Shown: positions 38,650-50,794, numbered from the stretch's first letter. The stretch is DNA of 64,000 bases from an uncultured Chloroflexia bacterium (GCA_963774265.1 CAVZDU010000005.1:448001-512000), one strand, 5' to 3'. A program made the numbers and translations. The notes: generated by a model not told the origin, from the letters alone.

Positions 38650-40893
38650 TCACACCTTCTGCAAATGGAGCGTGCGGCTGTAGCCGGTCCCACCCCAGGC
38701 GTCACCTGGGATGCCGGTCAGCATCAACTCGAACCCGCTGGCCCGGTAGACTTCAGTCCCGTGCCGATCAGTGACTGCGTAGATCGCGATCGGGTCAAGG
38801 CCAGCCAACGGCGCGGGCGGCCGCGTCCAGCCCAGTTGATAAGACATCACCACGACCGAGTAAACTGCTTCTCTGCGATCAGGGGAGACGTACTCGACAA
38901 TCGATGCGCCGTACTCCTCCAGCCGCTGCAGGCGATAGAGCTGGCCGCCCTGCACCACCGGGCGGATGCGCTTGTAGAACGCGATGTATCTGGCGTACTC
39001 GGCAGATTCGGCATCATCCAGCTCGTTGAGGTTGGAGCCGATGCCCAGGCCGCCGCGCATGGCCACGTCGAAACGCAGGCTCAGCGGGCTGACCACGCCG
39101 GTCTGGTGATTGCGCGCGTGAGTGACCCACGCTTCCATGGCCCGGCTGGGATAGACGAGGCTGCACCCCTCCTGGATGCGAATGCGGTCGTATGCGTCGG
39201 TATTGTCGCTGGTCCATACCTGGTCGGTGCGGGCCAGGATGCCCAGGTCCACCCTGCCGCCGCCGCTGGCGCAGCTTTCGATCTGCAGGCGGGGGAAATC
39301 GTGGCGCAGTCGGTCCATGATCGCGTAGACTCCCGCCGTGTGCGCGCGCCAGATGGCTTGGCCCGCGCTCGATCCCGGCTCGGTTGCATAACGGTTCATG
39401 TCCCACTTGAAAAAGTCGATGCCGTAGCGGGAAAGAAGTCGATGTAGAGCGTTGTAGATGTGCTCTACCACCTCAGGCCGGCCGAAATCCAGAATCAACT
39501 GATGGCGCCATTCGGTGCGCGGCCGGCCAGGGAAATGCAGCACCCAATCCGGATGGCTGCGGGAGAGATCCGAGTCCGGGTTGACCATCTCTGGCTCAAC
39601 CCATAGGCCGAACTGCATGCCCAGGCGATGCACCTCGTCGATCAACGGCTCGAAGCCCTCTGGAAAAACGTCGAGGCTGACGGTCCAGTCGCCCAGACCG
39701 GCGTGATCGTCGCGGCGGCCGCCGAACCAGCCATCGTCGACGCAGAACAACTCTACGCCCATAGCTGCGGCCTTGCGCGCCAGCGCCACCTGCCCCGCCA
39801 GGCTCAAATTGAAGTAGGTAGCCTCCCAGCTATTGTATAACACCGGGCGCAAGGCCGTCCCGCCCACGGGATTGGGCAGCACCCGCTCCATCGTGAAGGC
39901 GTGCAGCCGCCGGCTCGCGCCGCCCCAGCCGTCCGGGCAGGCGCCGATCACGATGGCCGGCGTGGTGTGACGCTCGCCGGGCGCCAGGGTCAGACCGAAG
40001 TCGAAGGGGTTGTAGCCTGCGTGGCAGCGCACATCGAGTGAGAACAACTGCTCGAACGCGATGCGCCACGCGCCGCTGTAGGCCAGCGCACCGAAATACA
40101 CCTCGCCGCTCTCTTCCCAGGCCTGGCCGGGCCGGTTGAGCAAGAAGAAGGGATTACTCTGATGCCCGGTTTGCACCGCACGTTGCTCAATAACCCGCAG
40201 GCCCATGGGTAGGCGCTCGCGGGCCGTCATGAACTCGCGGGCCCACCAGCCGGATACGGACGTCAGCTCAATCGTGCCATTGGGGAAATGCAGCGTGGCG
40301 AACGCAAGTGCCTCCACGGCCAGCGGCTCATGGCCGGTGTTGGCGACCACGCACCAGCGCTCGATGATGTCGTGCTCCGGCGTCAGCCGGTAGCACAACG
40401 TAACTTCGAACGGCTGCACCGGGTCTGCCAGACGCACGCGCAATGTCTCTCGCGGGGAGCTAACCCGCGTGGGTTGTCCGTGAGCTGGCGCCAGGCCGGG
40501 CCGGGAATCGGTCACGACATCGTATCCGACGTAGCGCAGCCGCACATCGCGCACCGGCAAATGTGGCGCGTCGCCGCGGACCATCTGGCTGGGCAGCGCC
40601 GGGAAACTGACCTTGAGCGACACTTCCTGGAGCGCGCTATCGGCGAAGGTGCTCAGTTCATAACGACGAATCACCGGAGGGTAATCGTGGTGCAAACCCT
40701 CAGGTACGTCCGGTCGGACAGGGGGCACCGAGTCAAAGCCGGGGCCGCTCAGCCCGGACATGTCAGGCGCGCCCGCGGACCGCGCGCCCCAGGCCAGGTG
40801 CAGCAGCCGGCCCTCGCCGTCGACGCGGAAGGCGTAGATACTGGTCGCGAGAACCAGGTTGAAGGTTTTCGTGGTTAGGTCGAAGTGGATCAT
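38650..40893 (-). CDS. GH36 alpha-galactosidase
   Basis: [41 protein letters not shown]. Confidence 0.93.
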   Translation of the reverse strand: MIHFDLTTKTFNLVLATSIYAFRVDGEGRLLHLAWGARSAGAPDMSGLSGPGFDSVPPVRPDVPEGLHHDYPPVIRRYELSTFADSALQEVSLKVSFPALPSQMVRGDAPHLPVRDVRLRYVGYDVVTDSRPGLAPAHGQPTRVSSPRETLRVRLADPVQPFEVTLCYRLTPEHDIIERWCVVANTGHEPLAVEALAFATLHFPNGTIELTSVSGWWAREFMTARERLPMGLRVIEQRAVQTGHQSNPFFLLNRPGQAWEESGEVYFGALAYSGAWRIAFEQLFSLDVRCHAGYNPFDFGLTLAPGERHTTPAIVIGACPDGWGGASRRLHAFTMERVLPNPVGGTALRPVLYNSWEATYFNLSLAGQVALARKAAAMGVELFCVDDGWFGGRRDDHAGLGDWTVSLDVFPEGFEPLIDEVHRLGMQFGLWVEPEMVNPDSDLSRSHPDWVLHFPGRPRTEWRHQLILDFGRPEVVEHIYNALHRLLSRYGIDFFKWDMNRYATEPGSSAGQAIWRAHTAGVYAIMDRLRHDFPRLQIESCASGGGRVDLGILARTDQVWTSDNTDAYDRIRIQEGCSLVYPSRAMEAWVTHARNHQTGVVSPLSLRFDVAMRGGLGIGSNLNELDDAESAEYARYIAFYKRIRPVVQGGQLYRLQRLEEYGASIVEYVSPDRREAVYSVVVMSYQLGWTRPPAPLAGLDPIAIYAVTDRHGTEVYRASGFELMLTGIPGDAWGGTGYSRTLHLQKV

Positions 40894-40968
40894 TGTCACG
40901 GTGTCCCCAAGAATGAATGATGTGCCGCAAGGGAGCTCGGGATGGCCGCTTCGACCACCGGGGATAAT

Positions 40969-40999
40969 TGTTCGCCGCCTCAGTCTGAGGCGGCGAACA
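40969..40999. repeat. Perfect inverted repeat after the sugar-binding-protein gene
   Basis: tgttcgccgcctcag-t-ctgaggcggcgaaca. Confidence 0.65.
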
Positions 41000-41026
41000 G
41001 TTCAGCAAGAGTCGATATCCGCGCGC

Positions 41027-42460
41027 TTACTTGAAGAGCACGTTGACTTCAGCGTTGGCGGCAGGCAGGGCATCAGCGGCCTTGACCTGGCCTAGCATGA
41101 TGCTCTGCATGACCGGTCTCATGATGCCCGAGATCTCGGACGCATGATCGGTGACCGGGAAGAGGAAGGTGCCGTCCTTCTCCAACGCTTGCGCGGTGAA
41201 GGCCGACACGTCCAGGTTTTTGGCGGCCTTGTAGGCGGCGACAGCCTTTTCGACGCCGGACTGCTGCGCCGGGAAGACGACGCCGGCATCACCCACCGTG
41301 TTGGCGCAGTCGGCCGAGGCCAGGTACTTCACCCACTGCCAGGCTTCTTCTGGATGCTTGGTGCCGATATAGATCGAGTCCGCCAGGCCGTTGAACATGC
41401 TCTTACGGCCTTCCGGTCCCTGGGGCAGGCGGGCGAAACCGAAGGGGAAGGTTGCGTTCTTGGCAAAGTCGCCGATCATCCACGAGCCGTTGGAGTGCAG
41501 CGCCCCCTTGCCGGCTTCGAAGGCCGCCGCGCCGCCCAGGCTGGTGACCAGCTCCAGCGGCATGATCTTGCCCGCAGCCATCATGTCCGCATACCATTGG
41601 ATGGTCTTGATGAAGCGCGGGTCGTCGTAGTGGTAGGCAGTGGCGTAGAGTTTATCGATATGCCGCCAGCCGGTGGTGTCGGTCAGCCAGCTCCATTCGG
41701 TCTGACCGTAGCCTTCGCCGGCGCCGTTGACGATCAGGCCATACTGCGCGACCTTGCTCTTGTCGAAGGCCGGGTCCAGGGCATTCTTGCCGTTCTCGTC
41801 CACCGTCAGCTTGGCGATCAGTTGGGCGAAGGTGCCGCCGTCGTCCGGGTTCCAGGTGGCGTTGCTGACATCGTCTACGGTGACGCCGGCTTTATCGAGC
41901 ATATCCTTGTTGTACACGATGGCGATCGTGTCCCAGTCCTTGGGCAGGCCGAAGCGCTTGCCGTCGCGAGCCCAAAGGTCGGCCAGGCCGCTCAGGTAGA
42001 CGCTCGTGTCCACCTTGTCGCGATCGATGAACGGCTGGATGTCGAGCAACTGGTTCTTGGCCGCGAATTCAGGATACTTGGCCAGGTGGTCGGTGAAGAC
42101 GTCGGGCGCGTTCCCGGCGATCATGCCGTTTTGGATGCCACTCCAATAGTCGTCCCAACCCTGCTGGGTGATGTTGATCTTGATGTTGGGGTTCTTGGCC
42201 ATGAAGTCGTCGGCGCACTTCTGGTAGGCTGGGAGCTGGTTAGCGTCCCACAGCCAATACGCCACGGGCACCGCTTCACCGCCGGCCGCCGGGGCTGCAG
42301 CCGCTGGGGCTGCGGTAGCTGCTGGCGCAGCCGCCGGAGCTTGGGTGGCTGCCGCCGCCGGGGCTTGAGTCGGAGCCGGCTGGGCGCCGCCACCGCAGGC
42401 GCCGAGCAACACGCTGATCACGGTCAAAAGGCTCACAAGTAGCAGAAGACGACGGTTCAT
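41027..42460 (-). CDS. Carbohydrate ABC transporter substrate-binding lipoprotein (CUT1)
   Basis: Lipobox LGAC, Ala/Pro/Thr linker, APDV, YNKDM, HPEEAWQWVKYL. Confidence 0.9.
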   Translation of the reverse strand: MNRRLLLLVSLLTVISVLLGACGGGAQPAPTQAPAAAATQAPAAAPAATAAPAAAAPAAGGEAVPVAYWLWDANQLPAYQKCADDFMAKNPNIKINITQQGWDDYWSGIQNGMIAGNAPDVFTDHLAKYPEFAAKNQLLDIQPFIDRDKVDTSVYLSGLADLWARDGKRFGLPKDWDTIAIVYNKDMLDKAGVTVDDVSNATWNPDDGGTFAQLIAKLTVDENGKNALDPAFDKSKVAQYGLIVNGAGEGYGQTEWSWLTDTTGWRHIDKLYATAYHYDDPRFIKTIQWYADMMAAGKIMPLELVTSLGGAAAFEAGKGALHSNGSWMIGDFAKNATFPFGFARLPQGPEGRKSMFNGLADSIYIGTKHPEEAWQWVKYLASADCANTVGDAGVVFPAQQSGVEKAVAAYKAAKNLDVSAFTAQALEKDGTFLFPVTDHASEISGIMRPVMQSIMLGQVKAADALPAANAEVNVLFK

Positions 42461-42668
42461 AGGTTTCTTATCCTCCTGGAACTGAATGGTTGGCCCGAGC
42501 GGGCCTGCTTCACAGAATTGTCTGGCTTTCAAAGAGTCGACTGTGGGTTAGTTCATTTACACCTCCGCACGGCTGTTTTGGTTGAATCGCTTCACGGCGA
42601 CGCATGGCATCTTGTGGGCTGGCAAGGTGGTGCGACGCGGCTCCTTGCATCGACCCCGCCTGATCGCA

Positions 42669-43580
42669 TTACTTGAAGCCGCTAAACTGGATCGAGTCCA
42701 GGATCTTACGCCCCACGACCATGAAGAGGATGAACGTCGGGATGATCGCCAGCGTCGTGCCGGCCATCAAGCCCGTCCAGTCAGGCGCGCCTTGAGGCGT
42801 CTGTGATCGGAAGACACCCAATGCGACCGTCAGCACACGGACGTTCTCCTTGTTGCCGATGATCAGGGGCCACATGTAGTTGTTCCACGAATTGATGAAG
42901 GTGATGACCGCCAGCGTCGTGATTGCCGGTATGGTCATCGGCAGCACGATCCGGAAGAACACCACCGGAACGTCGGCGCCGTCGATCAAGGACGCCTCTT
43001 CCACCTCCCGGTTGATGCCCAGGAAGAACTGGCGCAAGAAGAAAATCGCGAACGGCGTCATCAAGAATGTAGGCGCGACGATCCCGGCAAAGGTGTCGAG
43101 CCACCCCAGATTGCGCACCAGGATGAAGTTGGGGATGGTCATGACGATCCCAGGCACCATCAGCGCCGCGATGTAGATGGCGAAAATTTGATTGCGGAAG
43201 GGGAACTGCAGGCGCGCGAAGGCGTAGGCCGCCATGGCGCAGAAGGTTATCTGCCCCGCCACTATGAGCACCGAAACGATGATCGAGTTGCGCAGGGCCA
43301 GGAGGAAATTGATCGACTGCCCTGTTCCGCCCAGCGCCACGGCGGTCGCCACGTCGAGCGTGCCCAGCACACGTTGGAAGTTGATCAGGGTCGGCTGCAC
43401 CGGCAGGAGCGAGCTGGTGTTTTTGAAGATGGCCGTCGGAAAGGTAAACGCCGTGCGCAGCATCCAGTAGAAGGGAAACAGGGTGACAAACAGCAGCAGG
43501 CCGACACCGGCCCATGCCAAGATCCTGCCCCATGGGATAGGCCGGCGCGGTGTGTGAATGGTTTGAGCGGGTGCGGTCAT
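42669..43580 (-). CDS. Carbohydrate ABC permease (MalG-like)
   Basis: AYAFARL, EEASLIDGA, WNNY.WP. Confidence 0.92.
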   Translation of the reverse strand: MTAPAQTIHTPRRPIPWGRILAWAGVGLLLFVTLFPFYWMLRTAFTFPTAIFKNTSSLLPVQPTLINFQRVLGTLDVATAVALGGTGQSINFLLALRNSIIVSVLIVAGQITFCAMAAYAFARLQFPFRNQIFAIYIAALMVPGIVMTIPNFILVRNLGWLDTFAGIVAPTFLMTPFAIFFLRQFFLGINREVEEASLIDGADVPVVFFRIVLPMTIPAITTLAVITFINSWNNYMWPLIIGNKENVRVLTVALGVFRSQTPQGAPDWTGLMAGTTLAIIPTFILFMVVGRKILDSIQFSGFK

Positions 43581-43650
43581 GATGATTGCTCCTTTTTGCG
43601 CTCGGGTCTGCCGGCGCACACGAAATGGCGGGAAAGGCTGCCGCCTGCGA

Positions 43651-44577
43651 CTACACGTCGGACTCTCCGGCGCGCATCAGGCGCATCTGCATCAGGCTGA
43701 TGAAGATCAGGATCAGGAACAGCACCATGGAAATGGCCGTCGCGTAACCCATGTTGAAACGCGTGAATGCCTGCTCGTAAATGTACCAGTTGAACACCTT
43801 AGTCGCGTTCACCGGGCCGCCCTTGGTCGTGATGGCTATCGTATCGAAGATCTGGAAAGAACCGATGACGGAGGTGACGAGGACGAAGACCAGCACCGGG
43901 CGCAGCAGAGGCACCGTGACCTTCCAGAACATCTGCGTCTCCGAGGCGCCGTCGATGGAGGCGGCCTCGTATACCGAGTTGTCAATGGACTGGAGGCCGG
44001 CGAAGAGCAACAGCGCGGTATAGCCAACGTACTGCCAGATGTTGATCATCGCAATCGACGGCATCGCATACTTCGGAAGGTTCAGGAACGGGATCGTGCC
44101 CACCCCTATCGCGCGGAGCACCACGTTCACGATGCCGATGGTCGGATCCAGCAGCCACAACCAGAGCAGGCCGACGACCACACCCGGCATCAGCCATGGC
44201 AGGATGATCATAGCCCTGATGATGATGGACTTTGTTAAGCGGGACATCATCACCGCGATGACCATCGCCAGCACCGTTTGGATTGGGATGTTGAGTAAGA
44301 CGTAGTAGACCGTTACCTTGAGGGAGTTCCAGAAGTTCGGGTCCTGCAGAAGTCTGGCGTAGTTCGCCAGGCCAACGGACTTGGCCGGCGTCAGCAGATC
44401 CCAGTTGGTGAAGCTGATCAACACTCCGCGCACGGCCGGTATGGCATAGAAGACGGTAAAGCCAATCAGGCTGGGCAGGATGAACAGCAGCCCGAAGACG
44501 GTTTCGCGGGGTCGCCATCGTCGCTTGGGTTCCGCGCCTATCACGAGTTTCGGGATAGCGGTTGACTGAACGCTCAT
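43651..44577 (-). CDS. Carbohydrate ABC permease (MalF-like)
   Basis: GLANY, YEAASIDGA, GGP..AT, GYATAIS. Confidence 0.92.
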   Translation of the reverse strand: MSVQSTAIPKLVIGAEPKRRWRPRETVFGLLFILPSLIGFTVFYAIPAVRGVLISFTNWDLLTPAKSVGLANYARLLQDPNFWNSLKVTVYYVLLNIPIQTVLAMVIAVMMSRLTKSIIIRAMIILPWLMPGVVVGLLWLWLLDPTIGIVNVVLRAIGVGTIPFLNLPKYAMPSIAMINIWQYVGYTALLLFAGLQSIDNSVYEAASIDGASETQMFWKVTVPLLRPVLVFVLVTSVIGSFQIFDTIAITTKGGPVNATKVFNWYIYEQAFTRFNMGYATAISMVLFLILIFISLMQMRLMRAGESDV

Positions 44578-44595
44578 ACTCTTCTCCTCTCTGAA

Positions 44596-44961
44596 CTAGC
44601 CTTGAAGGACTTTTTGCAGTGTGTCAAGCAAGGTCTGGGGCAGAACCGGTTTGACCAGGTATGCAGCGGCTCCCAGGTCCATGCCGCGCCTGCGTTCGTC
44701 CAAAGCGGTGCAAAAGACAATGGGCAACGGTGCGCCAGACCGCGTGTTCCGTATGCTTTCCATCAGGTGCCAGCCCTGGCCATCCGCCCACGCGGGTTCT
44801 AGCACGATGACATGAATATCGCCGGTGAGCAGGCGCTGCAACACCTCCTCTTCATGCTGGCAGGTCTGCACGAGATAATGGCTGCTGAGCTCTCGCCGGT
44901 AAAGCTCTCGAGTCACATCGTCCGCCTCGAGGAGTAGGAGCGCTGGCAAGGCGTTTGACAT
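44596..44961 (-). CDS. Stand-alone receiver-domain protein, atypical (Glu at the phospho-Asp site)
   Basis: LLLEADD..R, VIVLEPAW, PIVFCT, GAAAYLVKP. Confidence 0.8.
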   Translation of the reverse strand: MSNALPALLLLEADDVTRELYRRELSSHYLVQTCQHEEEVLQRLLTGDIHVIVLEPAWADGQGWHLMESIRNTRSGAPLPIVFCTALDERRRGMDLGAAAYLVKPVLPQTLLDTLQKVLQG

Positions 44962-45013
44962 AGCCTGTCTTCATGGTTGAGCAGTGGTTTGCTAGCGCGT
45001 AATGGATGTTGTA

Positions 45014-45077
45014 ATGATACAGAATCTGGCGGTGGCTGTCTTGTACAAGAGGGACGCATTTTTGGAGAATTGGGGAC
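45014..45077 (-). promoter_or_regulatory. Promoter with AraC-like direct repeats overlapping the -35
   Basis: Minus strand: gtccccaattctccaaaa and gtccctcttgtacaaga about 22 bp apart; AAGACA-N17-TATCAT. Confidence 0.5.
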
Positions 45078-45129
45078 AGGGGCCGGCTCATCCTGTGGGC
45101 TGTGAGAATTGGGGGGTCCTCCCGGCCGG

Positions 45130-47650
45130 CTAGCGCACCTGGCGGCGGAAAACGAGGGGACTGCGGCCGGCTTCCTGGTGGAAGACCCGGCTGAAGTAGG
45201 CGCTATCGTCGTAACCAACCCGATTCCCGATCTCAGTGATAGTGAGATTCGTGAAGCGCAGCAGGGTCTTGGCTTGCTCGATGCGGAAGCGGGTCAAATA
45301 CTCCCAGGGTGCGATGCCCAGATCGCGGCGGAAGATGCGCGTGAGGTAGCTCTCGCTGGCTGCGACTTGCGCCGCAATCTGGCCGCGCGAACAGATCTGT
45401 GTCCGCGTAATTTTCGCGAAGACAAAGCACGGTTTCGCGGGTCAGGTTGTTGCACTGCGGGGGCAGGTTAGTTTCGCTGGGCAATGTGCTCGCAGGCGCA
45501 TCAGGACGGAACCTCGGCCGGCTCTCTGGCTCTGGAAACGGCAGATAGACATGGAATGTGGTGCCCGCACCGGGCAAGCTGGTGAAGGTGATGGCGCCAT
45601 CGTGCAGCTTGACGAGCTCGTGCGTCACGCGCAGCCCTAACCCCAGCCCTTCAGGCGCCCGCCGCGGGCTTTCGGCAGTGATAAAGGAGCGAAAGATGTG
45701 CTTCTGCCGCTCCAGTGAGATACCTGAGCCCGTATCATCGACCCACAGGTGCAGGTGTGTGGCAGTGGGCAGAGCGCCCAAGGTGATGTTGCCGACCTCG
45801 GTGAACTTGTGTGCATTGCTCAGCAGGTTGAACACGATCTGGCGGAGCCGAACCGGGTCAGCCAGGACCATGGGCAGAGACTCGGGCAACTCCAGCCGCC
45901 ACCTGACCTCGGGACGCGAAGGCAAACTGCCCATCATGGCCTGGAAGACCTCTTCCAGAAACGCGTTGGTTGCAATCTGCTCGGGGAAGATGTCCAGGTC
46001 GCTGATCTCCGCACGAGACAGATCCAGGAGATCGTTGATGAGCCAGCCCAGGTGCTCGCTGCTACGATAGATATGCCGCAGGTCGCGCGATAGCTCGGCC
46101 GGCAGATCGATCCCGTATGGGTTGGGCGTGGCCAGGGCAGATTGGCTATACCCCTGGATGATGTTGAGTGGCTGGCGCAGCTCGTGGCTGACATTGGCCA
46201 GCAGGCGCGCTTTAAGCTCGCTGGCGCGGCCGGCTTGAGCCTGGGCCGCCAGCGCCTCGCCATATAACTCGGCATTGCGTATCGCGATGCCCAACTGGCT
46301 GCCCAGGACCTGTAGGCCCACCAAATCCAGGTGGCTGTGCTGCGTGGTGCGAGCACTTTGCAGGTCCAGCACCCCCAGCACTTGCTGCCCGAATCGAATC
46401 GGCACGATGACGCGCGAGCGGCAGTCAGGCGCACGTGGGTCCAGCGAGAAGCGCTCGCTGCGTTGCATGTCGGGGACGAAGGTGGGCTGGTTGCGCTGCA
46501 GTGTGTCGCCCAACAATCCCGATTCGGTCAGCGGGATGGGGGCCAGGCTGCCCGCGCTTACCCCCAGTTCCGGAACCAGCGCCTGGTCGGCCTCCGACCA
46601 TAAGAAAATCTGCACCCGGTCATAATCGTAGCTGATGCGAATGGTCTCTGCGATCTCGCGACTCAGTTGCTGGCGATCCAGGATCGTGCCGACGCGTTGG
46701 CCGATCGCAAGGGTGGTCTCGAGCTGCCGCAGCCGCTGCACCTCCTGCTCCCGACTGAAACCCACCAGCCGGCTGGGAATGGTGGCGGAAGTGACGAGCT
46801 TTTCCGCCGCAATTACCGCGACGTTCTCTCGAGTCACGAGCCGTGGCTTGTAGCTGAAATGGGGCGGCAACGGTTCGCCGCGCGCTGCCTGACATGCGAG
46901 ATCCATCATCTGGCGGCCGAGCTCCGCGGCGGGTGTCTCGACCGTGGCGGCCATCGTGCCCTCGATAATCGCGGCCAGCGCCAGCGGGTCGCCGTTGATG
47001 CCGACAACCAGCGTCGCGTCCGTGGCCAAGCCCGCGACCCTAGCGGCATCCCGGCCGGCCAGTGCCAGCGAGTCGGAGAGACCGAAGAGGCCGTCAAACG
47101 GCGTCGTGCAGTCGCATAACGTCTCGCTCAGCTTACTGTAGGCCGGGCCATAGGTCCAAGGCGCCGGCCTATGGGTCAGGCTGATGCCGGGGAAGCGGCA
47201 AAGCACATCGTGGCACGCTGCCAGACGGCTGGCGCCCTTCTCGAAGCCTTCGTGCAGGCCGCCGACCAGCAGGACGCAACCCTGACCATTCAGCCTCTCG
47301 GCCAGGTAGGACGCGCCGATGGCGGCCGCCTCGTAGAGGCCGTACGGCGAAGTTGCGCGGGGATGAGACAGGTCGATTTCTGTAGCGGTGATGAGCGGCA
47401 CGCCTGCATCGAGGATGAGGTTCGCCAGCGCGATGTCCACCCCGCTGACGATCAGCGCATCCAGGTTCTGCGCCAGGCATTCCTCCAGGATGCTCACACG
47501 TTCTTCTGGCGCAAGAGGTGTGAGATCCCATTCCAAAGGGATCAGCGCGATGTTGAGTTGACCCGCGCGGTGATAGATCGCCTCACGTACAAGGACCCAG
47601 AACGGGTCACCGGTCGCAAACTGTAAGCCGATGCGGATTGCTTGAGTCAT
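45130..47650 (-). CDS. Hybrid regulator: sugar-binding (LacI/RbsB-like) domain, GAF, histidine kinase and AraC HTH; frameshift near 45395
   Basis: DPFW, DSLALAG, SHELRQPL, NLLSNAHKFT, DTGSGI, GLGLGL; shifted tail YLTRIFRR..GYDDSAYFSRVF. Confidence 0.85.
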
Positions 47651-47979
47651 GGCATTTCTAACGATGGCTAGCTTCCCAAGGTTATTCAGCCTGGAATCGA
47701 TCGTTGGCTACGCTTATGCGCGTTGCGCACCCCGTGCCTTGGGGTATGACGATGCTGGTACAGGTCTTTGGTGTCGTTTGGCTCGGCGTACTGAACACCG
47801 CATTGTCCAAGTATATCAGAAGGTTGTGGGTTGGCCAACACAGGGCAACGAAGGGGATGCACAATCCTGCCACAGTATCGCTTCGTTCTGAACCAGGGTT
47901 TCGTGGTATGGTGGCGCATCTGACAGACTGCCACGCGACCCATGGGAGAAGCATTATTGCGAACGCATATAATCAGCTG

Positions 47980-48199
47980 CGCGACGCTTGGGGACGAGAT
48001 GAAGCGCGTCGCGGATTTCTTCGGCATGGCGTTCGAGGAAATCGAGGGGTCAGACGTGTTCTTGCGCAAGCTGGTGGAGGGAGACTGGGACCAGCCAGCG
48101 GCCCACGCGAACGGCGATTTCGTCGTCATAGAGCCGGGGCAGACGGTGGAGTACACCGCTTTCAGCGCCAGCGGATCGGGAATGCCCACCACGGCATAA
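47980..48199 (+). pseudogene. C-terminal remnant resembling DUF1638-family proteins
   Basis: ADFFGMAFEEIEGSDVFLRKLVEGDWD..DFVVIEPGQTV; no N-terminal part present. Confidence 0.5.
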
Positions 48200-48233
48200 G
48201 AACCTCCGTGGTGGGCGCCGACGCATTTTCGCC

Positions 48234-50794
48234 TCATTCGTACCGCAACGCCTTGATAATCTCCATCTGCGCGGCGCGGCGCGCGGGGTATAGCGCGGCC
48301 AGAACGCCGAAGATCAGCCCGGCCGCGGTGGCCGCGAGGAGGCTGGCCAGGGGGAACGTGTATTCCATCTTGAAGACCCCGCTGGCGCTCAGGCCGGCGA
48401 CCATCACGTAGCCGAGATACAGCCCGCCCAGGAGGCCGAAGGCCGTGCCGATCGCGGCCAGCAGCAGCGCCTCGGCGACGATCATCCGACGCACCTGGCC
48501 GCGCGCCGCACCGATCGCGCGCAGCATGCCGATCTCGCGCGTGCGTTCGATGACGCCGATGGCCAGCGTGTTGAGGATCGCGATCAGCGACGGCACCGAG
48601 AGCACGGCCAGCAGGACGTACACCCCCGCAAACATCGCATCGAACTGCTTGCTGAACTCGGCCAGGTATTCGCGCGTCGAGACCAAACGGAACTGCGGAT
48701 AGTCCTCCACGATCGGCTTCAGCCGCTCTTCCACCGCGGCCGGGTCCGCGCCCTGCGCCAGGTTGACCTGCACGAAGATGTCCTCGGTCTTGTTGAAGTC
48801 CTCGCGCATCATGGCCTGCGAGATGTAGGCCGTGTTGATCTTCATGTTCAGCACGTCGCCGCCCACCGCGACGATGCGATAATCCATCTGGCCCTGGGGC
48901 GTGGACAGCGCCACCGTGTCGCCGATCTTGAGGCCCGCCTGGGCCGCCAGGATGCCGTTGACGATGATGTTCCGCCCCTCACCCAGGCGGCGTAGGCGCC
49001 GTCAGGGTCGCCCTCGGTGAAATCCATCCCCGAGACCTCGCGATAGGTCGGGGGATCGATGCCCAGCACCGAGATTTCCACGTCCCCGGTCCCGCGCGCG
49101 GCGCTGGACGGGAACTCGGACCTGGCATAGCGCAAGGAGGTGACCGTGCCGACGCCCGGCACCGAGCGGATCTTGTCGGCCAGGATCGCGGTCGCGCCGA
49201 CGTCGCCCTTCCAGACGGCAACCGAGGGCGGGACGAGCATGTAGTCGCTGCCCATCGACTTCTGGAACATCCCGATCACGCTGCCCTGGAGGCTCCACAT
49301 CAGGCCGCCCACGCCGACGACAATGGCCAGGCCGATCATGGTCGCGCTGGCCGTGATGGCCGAGCGCGACGGCTGGCGCGTGATGTTGCCCTGCGCCAGC
49401 TCGCCCGTGCCCTCGCGGGCAATGCCAGCGACACCAGCCCGCTAAGCAGCCGGGCGATCGGCTTGACGAGCACAGGCGCGAGGAGCACCAGGCCCAGGAG
49501 GAAGAGCAGCCCACCGAGCGCGACCAACGCAAAGATGCCCGACAAAAGCCCGGCGATGGCCAGGACGATCATGACCGCGCCCACGATCGTGATGCCCCGG
49601 CCGATGCGCTGCGATTTGTCGCCTGCCATCGGCCGCAGCACTTCCATCGGCGTCACGCGGCTGGCGCTCAGGGCGGGGAGCAGCCCGGCCAGCAGTGTCA
49701 CGCCGACGCCCAGCACGACGGAGGTGATGACCAGGCCGGCGAGATGACCGGCGGCCCAGGAGTGACGCTGAGGAATTGCCGGTAGATGGTTTGGGTGCCG
49801 TTGGAAATGACCACGCCCAGGAGATAACCCAGCACCAGGCCCAGCGCCGTGCCGACGAGCCCCTGCACCAGGCCCTCGCTCAGGATCAGGCCAACGATCG
49901 TGCCCCGGCTCGCGCCGATCGCGCGCAGCATGCCGATGTCGTGACGCCGCTCGGCGACGATGGTGCGGAAGGTGTTGAAGATGATGAACGCGCCCATGAA
50001 CAGCGTCAGGAAGCCGAGGATGTTGAAGGCGGCCTGCGCCATGCCGATGCTCGCGAAGATCTCGGAGCCGCTGCCGAGCGCGTTGATGCTGTAGGTCTTG
50101 CCCAGCTGCGCCTGGATTTGGTCGATGATCGCCTGCCGCTGCGCTTCGTCCGTGGTGTTCAGGTTGGCTTCGATGACGTTGAGCCGCCCCTGCATGTCGA
50201 GCAGTTTCTGCGCCTGCGCCAGCGTGATGAACACCTCTTCGCCGGCCATGGGCCGGCCCGGCAGCAGGCCGACGATCTCAAGCTTGACGACGCCCTCGGT
50301 GGTCGGGACACGCAGCGTGTCGCCCAGCTTCAACTCCAACTGATCGGCCAGGCTCGTCCGGATCACCGCCACATTGCCGTCGCCCGGCTTCAGGAAACGC
50401 CCCTCCTTTGGGGTGTAGTCGTGCAGCAAAGGTCCGGCGACCGGGTCGACGCCGGTCAGCGTGAGGCTCGTGACGGTCGAGCCCCGGCCGTAGAAGTTGG
50501 GCGGCAGGTTCATCGGCCGCGAGATCGAGCCGGCGATGGCTGCCACCCCGTCGACGTTCCGACTTTGTCCAGCGTGCTCGCGGCGAAAGCCTCGCCGGTC
50601 TTGTGGGTGATGGTCACGTCCGTCTGGCCCGAGACCGCGAGGAGGCTCTGCTGGAATGCCTGCATCATCGTCGGCAGCACGGTGCCCATGCCGAAGATCA
50701 TCATCACGCCGATGACGATGGCCAGGGTCGTCAGGAAAGAGCGCAGCTTGCGGCCCCACAGATAGCGGGCGGCGAGCGATAGTTGGAATCTCAT
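48234..50794 (-). CDS. ABC exporter permease (duplicated MacB/FtsX domains), frameshifted
   Basis: [55 protein letters not shown]. Confidence 0.88.

Noticed and set aside
41144-42442. Long antisense ORFs (also 35809-37119, 2598-3743, 61088-62170)
   Set aside because: Shadow frames of high-GC genes with no recognisable motifs or RBS.
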